Assembly (NCBI GenBank): GCA_965369655.1
Contig: CBDUQR010000022.1
Location: 1-46,647 of the forward strand
DNA length: 46,647 nt
DNA from: an uncultured bacterium
Lineage (GTDB): Bacteria > Zixibacteria > MSB-5A5 > JAABVY01 > JAHJOQ01
Direction: 5' to 3'
The notes below the pieces were generated by a model. That model had not been told where the DNA came from. It made no database searches and saw only the letters and a program-made list of their open reading frames with translations. Both the position numbers and the translations under genes were made by a program. Of this stretch, positions 1 to 6,962 are shown piece after piece. Position 1 is the first letter of the stretch. Each line of letters begins with the position of its first letter.

Positions 1-54
1 GTCATGTATGGAGAGAATATAGATATGTCGTCGACTATGTCAAGTTAGTACTAG
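1..54 (-). mobile_element. Probable terminus of an IS element (IS701-like, CTAG target) at the window edge
   Basis: The NTase-like frame loses coherence just upstream of CTAG (51-54), with an in-frame stop at 20-22. The minus strand reads CTAG-TACTAACTTGACA, then TTGACA(43-38)-16 nt-TATATT(21-16) and an ATG at 5-3 pointing out of the window. The family call is from recalled IS701-type ends only. Confidence 0.4.
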
Positions 55-655
55 GCCAGACGCGGACTTGGATATCTTCCTTGTCACGAGACAAGAAATA
101 AACCCGGTCACCGTTGTAGACAGTGCGGTTAAGTACTTTACCGCGCAGGGCTTCAGATGCGACCCGTTCTGGTACGTCGAGAGTTACTTCGATGAGGCGC
201 TTGAAGCAGGCATCGATTGCACGCTTTGGTATCACGTGTTTCAGCTCGGACGGATTATCTATGCCGAGAGCGACCTCCTCGACCGCGTATACGCGGCACT
301 CCGGGGCACTTCTCTTTCCGAAAGCTGTCAACGGACAATAGCTGTGCGTCGAGACCGCGACGCCGAACATCTGCAAGCGCTCATACGAAACACCGATCGC
401 ATACTCACGGAGGCTATTCTCCTTGCATACTCCAAGGCAACGGGATTGTCAACTTGGGACGCACTGCCGGACCGGAGAAGCCTAACGAGCGCCGCCCTAA
501 CTGCTGGAGTCATCGACAAAAACATAAGGCTGGTCGCAGAAAAACTTGCTGCGCTGATACGCCGGGGCGATCTAGGACTAGATGAAGTAGCTTTCGAAGA
601 ACTGTCCCAACTGCGCGCTCGCGTAGCACGCTTTGTAGACGATCAGACAAAATGA
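51..655 (+). pseudogene. 5'-truncated nucleotidyltransferase (Pol-beta/MNT-like) protein with helical C-terminus
   Basis: The frame reads ..RPDADLDIFLV.. (DxD motif as in GSxARGxxxxxSDxD) and ..GRIIYAESDLL.. The preceding GS motif and a real start are missing. ORF track 68..655. Confidence 0.45.
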
Positions 656-710
656 CAGATCCGGAGTGGCGTGGGCCAAGGACTGTACGACCGTGTACAT
701 AGGCTGGGTG

Positions 711-733
711 GCCCGCCCTTCGGGTGGGTTTCT
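711..733 (+). terminator. Possible intrinsic terminator
   Basis: GCCCGCCC-TTC-GGGTGGGT stem (two G-U pairs) followed by a short TTCT tail, downstream of the stop at 655. Confidence 0.35.
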
Positions 734-954
734 AAGAACGCGTCGAATCCCTGGCGCTTTCGACATTCTTCTTTGGACGTGTGTCTATGCGATTTCCCAA
801 ACAACAGACAACACCAGACAGAACCGCCTGCGACCTTCGGGTTATGAGCTCGACGAGCACGATTATTCTTTCCAGTAAATCGTAAGTCTCTGTCTCACAA
901 TATGAATAGCTGAAGCCTCGCGGGGCTAATTCCAGTCAAATCCGAATTTTTTTC

Positions 955-983
955 TTGACACCTGCACAAATGTGCAGTATATT
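955..983 (+). promoter_or_regulatory. Sigma-70 promoter with operator palindrome (LexA-box-like) in the spacer
   Basis: TTGACA (955-960), 17-bp spacer, TATATT (978-983). Spacer 962-977 is the dyad CTGCACA-AA-TGTGCAG with core TGCAC-N4-GTGCA. Confidence 0.8.
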
Positions 984-1115
984 GGGATTGTGATGGAGAA
1001 TGAGTCAGGATGGAGATTTATCGTGGAGTTCAACAATGAAAAGACCACCGGTGGGAGCAAGTCCGGTGGATGTGTTTCAATTCTCGAACAGTCTCACAGG
1101 GAGGTGAGAGACTCT

Positions 1116-1226
1116 TTGACGCTGCTGCAATTGAGAAATCAGCGGTGTCCTGATTGTGGCGGGTCGTTTGTGCAGCAGTCCGGTTGCAGGATATGTCTGT
1201 CGTGCGGCTACAGTCCTTGTGGTTGA
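1116..1226 (+). CDS. 36-aa zinc-ribbon micro-protein resembling the C-terminal tail of class II ribonucleotide reductases
   Basis: TTG start preceded by GGAGGTG. Product MTLLQLRNQRCPDCGGSFVQQSGCRICLSCGYSPCG (CxxCG...GCxxCxxCGYSxCG). The start could lie further upstream (990/993, same frame). Confidence 0.65.
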   Translation: MTLLQLRNQRCPDCGGSFVQQSGCRICLSCGYSPCG

Positions 1227-1255
1227 TGAGTCAAACACTTCCGTGTGAGGTTGCA

Positions 1256-3868
1256 ATGAAAACACTGGTTCTCGAGGAGTACGGACTGCCGAAGGCGCTT
1301 ATCGACAGGTGGAACGAGATGCAGGGCGAGGAACTCCTGCCGCTGCAGGAGAGAGCGATCAAAGAACACGGGCTTCTCGGTGATGAGTCGCTGATTATCA
1401 GTGCGCCGACATCATCAGGGAAAACATTCTGCGGCGAACTGGCCGCCGCTCGCGCACTCTCTGAGCGAAAGAAGACGGTATTCCTGGTTCCGCTGAAGGC
1501 TCTCGCCGAGGAGCGCTACCGCGAGTTCGCGGACAAGTATGATTCGCTCGGCATACGCACCGTTGTCTCGACCAGGGATCACAGAAATTACGATGGCAGC
1601 ATTGAAAAGGGCGAATTCGATCTCGGAGTGATCATCTACGAGAAGTTCAATCAGATGCTGACCCGGAATCTCGACCTGCTCGATTCTGTCGATCTGATTG
1701 TGATCGATGAACTCCAGATGCTTGCTGACAGGAGCCGGGGAGCCGTGCTCGAGATGATTATCCTCAAGGTGCTGCGGAGTTCATATCGCTGTCGTATCGT
1801 CGGGCTTTCGGCGGTGATGAGCAACGCCGATGAACTCGCGGAGTGGATGGATGCGCGCTTGTTCGTCGAATCTCATCGCCCTGTTGAGTTGCGTCAGGGC
1901 GTGCTTCTCGATGACACTTTCTCCTACCGGTGTTTCAATTCGGGCGAAAGGGGCACGGAAGAGATGGCGCCATCGTGCGAGATGCAGGCTGTCGAGAGCC
2001 TGCTGCAGAATGTCTCGAAGCTCGCAACCGAAGGTGAGCAGGTTCTCGTGTTTCTCAAGAGCAAGAATACGTGCGTTCAACTGGCGAGTCTTCTCGCGGA
2101 GAGACTTGCGCTGACATCCTGTGATGGTGCGATCGAGGCGCTCGGCCTGAAGGAAACAACTTCTCTCAGTGAAGAACTGGTCGGCGTTCTATCGAACGGG
2201 ATCGCGTTCCACCATGCTGATCTCTCGTATGATGAGAGGCGCATAGTCGAAGAGCACTATCTCTCCGGTGACATAAGAGTCATTATTGCCACCACCACGC
2301 TTTCGCTTGGGCTGAATCTCCCCGCCCAGACCGTGTTCCTCGAGACACAGAAGTTCCGCCAGGGGCTGTATACGGGCAGGCCTGTGATGGAGCCGCTGAC
2401 CTGGAGCGAGTACGAGAACATGTGCGGCAGAGCCGGCAGACTCAGGTATACATCCGGGTTCGGCAGGGCGATAGTTGTCGCAGGCAGCGAACTCGAATCC
2501 GAGATGCTCTGGAAACGATATACCAACGGCAGCCCGGAAAAGCTCGTCGGTTGCCTGTTCTCGAAATCGATTGAGGATCTTGCGCTCGATCTCGTTGCAT
2601 CCGGTTCTGCGACGACTCAGGAGAGTCTTACGGGAGTGCTTGAATCGGGATTCAGCGACACGCCTGACGACTTGTCGGCACGCATCGAGAGTGCGATCGA
2701 ATGGCTTGCCGATAATGATCTGATCTTCGTATCTGAGAACAAATTGTGCCTGACATACTTCGGCCTGAAACTGGCGCGTCTCGGTATGTCCGCCGTCACC
2801 GCAGCCAGAATGAGAGAGGTGTTTCTCGATGATGCAGGGCATTCCGCTCTGGTATGGATGTATGTACTGGCGGACACGTGTGAAGGTCGTCGGATATACG
2901 TGAGTGCGCGCATGCGGGAGGAGGCGGAATACCATTTGTTCGCGCGGTTCAAGTCCCTGCTCGCTGGTGAAGAAAATCTTCCTGCGCAGCTTTCGGACCT
3001 GATCGAAAATCCGGGACATCTCGACAGGCAGTGTCTGACGCGTGTTCGGATTGTCCTGGCACTGCAGGACTATATCGATGGTCGCAGCATGGAGGAGATT
3101 GAAGCGAACTACAGGATTCATTGCGGCACACTGGAGAGCGTCGGCGAAACTATCGGCTGGCTGGCGGAGTGCGCTTTTTGCCTGATGGGCGCGCTTGGGA
3201 TCAGCAAGCGGAGGAGAGTACTGCTCAAGAGGTTGTCTTTTGAAGTAAGATATGGATTGCCGGTCAGCACGCGGAAACTCTTTACATGTCTGAGAGGGGT
3301 CCTGTCGAGGCATGAGGTTCTGCAATTGTGGGAATGGGGCGTTTGCACCAGGGAAGCGTTCCTGAATGCCGACCGCGAGGAACTCGATAAAGTTATTGGA
3401 GAAAGGAGAGTGAAGATTGCCATGAGACATATCGCCAACAGGACGCAGGAGAAACTCAATGTCACAGGAGGAAACGAGCGATCTGAGCCCGCCTCCAGGC
3501 TGCAATTGACGGGCGCTATGGTCAGAGACAGGTACAAAGTTTTCTTCTCAGGCACACCGCTGCTGCTGACTGCGAAGAGCTTCAAGTACCTCTTCAAACT
3601 GGCTGTGCGCAAGAAGATGGACAGCGAGGGATGGATTGACAAGGAGGAACTCGAACCCGGTTTCAACCAGGCTCGTTATCTCTACAATCTCAAAAAGGAG
3701 ATGGGTGGTTCCTCCCGCGACAGGGCCGAATTGATCGAGAATGACCGCAAGGGCGGTTATCGGTTGAGGTTGAACTCGGATGAAATCGATTTCGACCTGC
3801 GAAGCCTGCTGCATTCGGATGATTTCGAGATTGCGGATCTGTCTCGCGAACTGGCCGTTGCTCAGTAG
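1256..3868 (+). CDS. Ski2-like/Hel308-type SF2 DNA helicase with C-terminal OmpR/PhoB-like winged-helix domain
   Basis: Q motif ELLPLQ, Walker A SAPTSSGKT, motif Ia VPLKALAEE, motif II IDELQ, motif III LSA, GIAFHHA, ATTTLSLGLNLPA, motif VI MCGRAGR. C-terminal ..LLLTAKSFKYLFKL..IENDRKGGYRL. ATG 1256 with GAGG RBS; 870 aa. Confidence 0.9.
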   Translation: MKTLVLEEYGLPKALIDRWNEMQGEELLPLQERAIKEHGLLGDESLIISAPTSSGKTFCGELAAARALSERKKTVFLVPLKALAEERYREFADKYDSLGIRTVVSTRDHRNYDGSIEKGEFDLGVIIYEKFNQMLTRNLDLLDSVDLIVIDELQMLADRSRGAVLEMIILKVLRSSYRCRIVGLSAVMSNADELAEWMDARLFVESHRPVELRQGVLLDDTFSYRCFNSGERGTEEMAPSCEMQAVESLLQNVSKLATEGEQVLVFLKSKNTCVQLASLLAERLALTSCDGAIEALGLKETTSLSEELVGVLSNGIAFHHADLSYDERRIVEEHYLSGDIRVIIATTTLSLGLNLPAQTVFLETQKFRQGLYTGRPVMEPLTWSEYENMCGRAGRLRYTSGFGRAIVVAGSELESEMLWKRYTNGSPEKLVGCLFSKSIEDLALDLVASGSATTQESLTGVLESGFSDTPDDLSARIESAIEWLADNDLIFVSENKLCLTYFGLKLARLGMSAVTAARMREVFLDDAGHSALVWMYVLADTCEGRRIYVSARMREEAEYHLFARFKSLLAGEENLPAQLSDLIENPGHLDRQCLTRVRIVLALQDYIDGRSMEEIEANYRIHCGTLESVGETIGWLAECAFCLMGALGISKRRRVLLKRLSFEVRYGLPVSTRKLFTCLRGVLSRHEVLQLWEWGVCTREAFLNADREELDKVIGERRVKIAMRHIANRTQEKLNVTGGNERSEPASRLQLTGAMVRDRYKVFFSGTPLLLTAKSFKYLFKLAVRKKMDSEGWIDKEELEPGFNQARYLYNLKKEMGGSSRDRAELIENDRKGGYRLRLNSDEIDFDLRSLLHSDDFEIADLSRELAVAQ

Positions 3869-3881
3869 TTTCAGATTGAAA

Positions 3882-4017
3882 CGGGAAGCTGACTATGTCA
3901 CTCTCGCGGAGGCGGGAGCCTATTTAACGATAACGCATTCAATGGATTCCCGCCTTCGCGGGAATGACGTTGCTTCCTTTCGCAAACATGATTACCTGCT
4001 TTTCGCGTCTTTTGGGG
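3882..4017. repeat. Degenerate inverted copy of the MITE at 16027-16225 with ATTCCC-N8-GGGAAT hairpin
   Basis: Reverse complement aligns closely to 16035-16193 (shared GGGAGCCTATTTAAC, ACGCATTCAAT, TTTCGCAAACATGATTACCTGCTTTTCG). Core GATTCCCGCCTTCGCGGGAATGAC at 3945-3968. Confidence 0.85.
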
Positions 4018-4041
4018 CAGACGAGGACGTCTGCCGCCCAC
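4014..4041 (-). repeat. REP-like palindrome (GTGG-GCGGCAGAC family)
   Basis: Reverse complement GTGGGCGGCAGACGTCCTCGTCTGCCCC is 26/28 identical to 40778-40805. Confidence 0.8.
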
Positions 4042-4223
4042 AGAAGGGGTGAGGTGTGAGATCACCAAGTCGCTGGCGCTCCACATGACGACGGACATGC
4101 ATGCGCCCTAAACTTGGTAATTTCACCACTTAGCCTCCGATGTGGTCTATTGCGAGCGCACAATTGGCCGATAATAAAGCAATGTAGAAGGTGACGGTCG
4201 GAGCACATCAACCAAGAGGAGCA

Positions 4224-6710
4224 ATGGCGACAAAGAGATCGGCTGCACTCGAGAACACAGCGTATCCTGTTCTCCCGCTCCTGACTACGGTTGTTTTCCC
4301 AGGAACCGTAGCGACCCTTCATGTCAACAGAAAGCAGAGCATCAATCTGATTCGGCAGAACAGTGATCTCGATAGCGAGATAGTTCTGGTTCTTGCCAGA
4401 GAAGTGAATTCAGACGAGACTCGGTGCAGGGATCTGCACGAGATCGGGGTTATAGCGCAAATCGTCAAGATTCAGGAATCTCACAAGGACAGCTTCATTC
4501 TGACAGTCGCTGCAGAAAACAGGGTTCTCCTGAAGAAATTCGTGACGGAAGAGCCATACCACATAGCCTATGTGGAAGAGGCTGTTGAGGACTTCGGCAA
4601 TCCGAATGAACAGCGCGCCATGACGAAGCGAATTGCCGACCTGACGGAGCGATTGACGAAAACCGATGATGGGTATTCACCAGAACATTGCAGCCTGTTC
4701 GATCTGTCTCGCGATGAGCCGGGATTCTATTGTGATACTGTCGCTAACCAATTGCACATTCCTCTCGAACGGAAACAGCGGGTGCTGGCCGCGCTCAGCA
4801 TCACCGAACGCGCCGGGATTCTCCTCGGCATTGTCACGGAGGAGCTCCATAAGACAAGTATAGAGAGAGAACTGAAATCCAAAGTTGAGCTTTCACTCGA
4901 CCGGCATGAGCGAGAGAAGTATCTGCGGCAACAGCTCACCGAGATTCGTCGCGAGTTGGGGGACGCTGATCCTGAGGAGAAGCTTATCAAGGAATACGAA
5001 AACAGGATTGGGACAATCCCGAATCTGCCCGATCATGTTCGGGAACGGGCTCTGATCGAGACCGGACGCCTGAGTATGCTCTCTTCGGCATCGGCAGAGT
5101 ATGGTTCCACCAGAAACTATCTCGATCTCATTCTGAGCTTGCCGTGGAACAGGCTCGGCGCGGAGGAGAACGACGTTTCGAATATCGAAAAAACGATCTC
5201 AAAGGGATACTATGGTCACGATACGGTCAAGACCGAAGTGCTCGATTTTCTCGCAATTCGTAAGCTGACAGCCGACATTCGCACGCCGGTATTATGTCTG
5301 ACCGGTCCCCTCGGAACCGGGAAGACTTCTCTTGCGGAGCTTATAGCAAAAGCTCTCAACAGGGAATTCGTGAATATCAATGTTGCCGGTATGACATCGG
5401 TGGAGGAAATCAGAGGTAGAAACAGGACGTTTATCGGAGCTGCTCCGGGTAAAATCATTCGAGCTTTCTCCAAGCTAAAGACCTGCAATCCGGTTGTTGT
5501 TATTGATGATCTCGACAAGCTCTCCGAGAACAAGCTCGGGTATGGTCTTCCACTGCTGTTCGTGGAGATAATCGATCCAAGGCAGAACAAATGTTTCTTC
5601 GATGAATATCTCGGTCTCCCGTTCGACCTGTCGGAGGCGATTTTCATCGTGACTGTGGAATCACTCGACTCGATCCCGGACACGCTGGCTGAACGGATGG
5701 AGGTGATCGAGTCAGCGGGATATATTGAGGCGGAGAAGACCGCGATCGCTCGGAATTTCATCTTGCCGAAACTCATAAAACGGCACAAACTGTCGGCTTC
5801 CGACCTGAAAATCTCCCTTAATGCGATCAAAAAGATCGTACGTAATTATACTCTCGAATCAGGCATTCAGGGGCTTAAACGAGAGTTTGAAGTCCTCTGC
5901 CGAAAGTGTGTCAGGCAGAAAGCGTCATCGGGCAGAGTCTCATGGAAGATTACCGAGCGAAACCTGGAACGTTACCTCGGAGCCCCGATATTCATACCCG
6001 AAGTTGCCGAGGTTCAGCCTGAAGTCGGCGTCGCGACCGGGTTGGCCTGGACCGGATCAGGTGGAGACCTGATGCTTGTCGAGGGACTCAGGATGCCCGG
6101 CGCGGGAAATGTCTTCACGACAGGATCACTTGGCGATGTGATGCGCGAATCTATTCAGGCGGCGCATTCGTATATTCGCTCAAAGGCGGATCTTCTCGGA
6201 ATCGATCACTCCGATTTTGCCAACTACGATGTGCACATACATTTCCCATCGGGCAGCATACCGAAAGACGGCCCGTCGGCAGGCTTGGCTGTCTCAATCG
6301 TCATAGCGTCTGTGATGTCCGACTGCCCAATCAGAAATGACATAGCTATGACCGGTGAGGTGTCTCTGCGTGGCAAGGTGCTGCCCGTATCCGGAATCAG
6401 GGAGAAGATCGCCGCGGCTCACAGGGCGGGCATATATGGAATCGTCCTGCCTTCAGGAAACGAGAAAGATATCAAGACGCTTCCAAGCCAGCTCTGCGAT
6501 GAGATCGAGTTCATTCTCGTCGATACTGTCGAAGATGTTTTCGAACATACGCTTCTCGACTTCGATCCCAAAATCCTGTCATTGCAGCAACTGGTTCAGA
6601 ACGAGATCGTCAAGGTGACGAAGAACCTCCAGAAGCAGACGCAGTTGGGCAGGGGGCGCGCCGTCGTGAAGAAGAAGCGTACCACAGCAAAGCGCACCAG
6701 AAAACGGTAG
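4224..6710 (+). CDS. lon: ATP-dependent Lon protease (divergent copy)
   Basis: LON N-domain (PVLPL..VVFPG), Walker A GPLGTGKTS, Walker B variant VVIDDLDK, protease motif PKDGPSAG with catalytic Lys in EKIAAA, GLAWT motif. ATG 4224 with GAGGAG RBS. Confidence 0.92.
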   Translation: MATKRSAALENTAYPVLPLLTTVVFPGTVATLHVNRKQSINLIRQNSDLDSEIVLVLAREVNSDETRCRDLHEIGVIAQIVKIQESHKDSFILTVAAENRVLLKKFVTEEPYHIAYVEEAVEDFGNPNEQRAMTKRIADLTERLTKTDDGYSPEHCSLFDLSRDEPGFYCDTVANQLHIPLERKQRVLAALSITERAGILLGIVTEELHKTSIERELKSKVELSLDRHEREKYLRQQLTEIRRELGDADPEEKLIKEYENRIGTIPNLPDHVRERALIETGRLSMLSSASAEYGSTRNYLDLILSLPWNRLGAEENDVSNIEKTISKGYYGHDTVKTEVLDFLAIRKLTADIRTPVLCLTGPLGTGKTSLAELIAKALNREFVNINVAGMTSVEEIRGRNRTFIGAAPGKIIRAFSKLKTCNPVVVIDDLDKLSENKLGYGLPLLFVEIIDPRQNKCFFDEYLGLPFDLSEAIFIVTVESLDSIPDTLAERMEVIESAGYIEAEKTAIARNFILPKLIKRHKLSASDLKISLNAIKKIVRNYTLESGIQGLKREFEVLCRKCVRQKASSGRVSWKITERNLERYLGAPIFIPEVAEVQPEVGVATGLAWTGSGGDLMLVEGLRMPGAGNVFTTGSLGDVMRESIQAAHSYIRSKADLLGIDHSDFANYDVHIHFPSGSIPKDGPSAGLAVSIVIASVMSDCPIRNDIAMTGEVSLRGKVLPVSGIREKIAAAHRAGIYGIVLPSGNEKDIKTLPSQLCDEIEFILVDTVEDVFEHTLLDFDPKILSLQQLVQNEIVKVTKNLQKQTQLGRGRAVVKKKRTTAKRTRKR

Positions 6711-6962
6711 TTCGTCACCAGTTCAAGTCTCATTTGTCCCGAATCGATAGTAGTATCCTACGAGCTTTTCCACCATTCCAGCCAAATTCCAACCAAATAG
6801 TGTCTTGACAAGAAGCGGGCAACAGGCTTAATTGCTTTTGAGGCTTACCCTACAAACCATAGAGGATGTCTCGCCAGTTTGAAGCACATGTGGGAGCCTT
6901 GCGCTCTTGCCGGGCAGTGCTAAATTGATTTTGAATGAAAACCTTTAGCAGTTGGAGGAAAG

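Noticed and set aside
661-770. tRNA-like look (GGAGTGGCG ... GTCGAATCCC)
   Set aside because: No consistent acceptor stem, anticodon arm or TTCGA T-loop could be built.
2189-3505. 438-aa antisense ORF, and similar ones at 19164-20342, 27060-27974 and 31391-32122
   Set aside because: Shadow ORFs opposite well-supported genes, with no recognisable motifs.
1256-3868. Hachiman or other named helicase defence system
   Set aside because: No HamA-like or other recognisable partner is adjacent, and the context looks like a repressor-controlled repair locus. Not formally excluded.
3780-4052. 90-aa ORF containing MDSRLRGND
   Set aside because: It is the translation of the palindromic repeat, not a gene.
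6805-6833. TTGACA promoter for the 804-aa gene
   Set aside because: The -10 at 17-bp spacing (TTAATT) lacks the conserved A at position 2; too weak to call.
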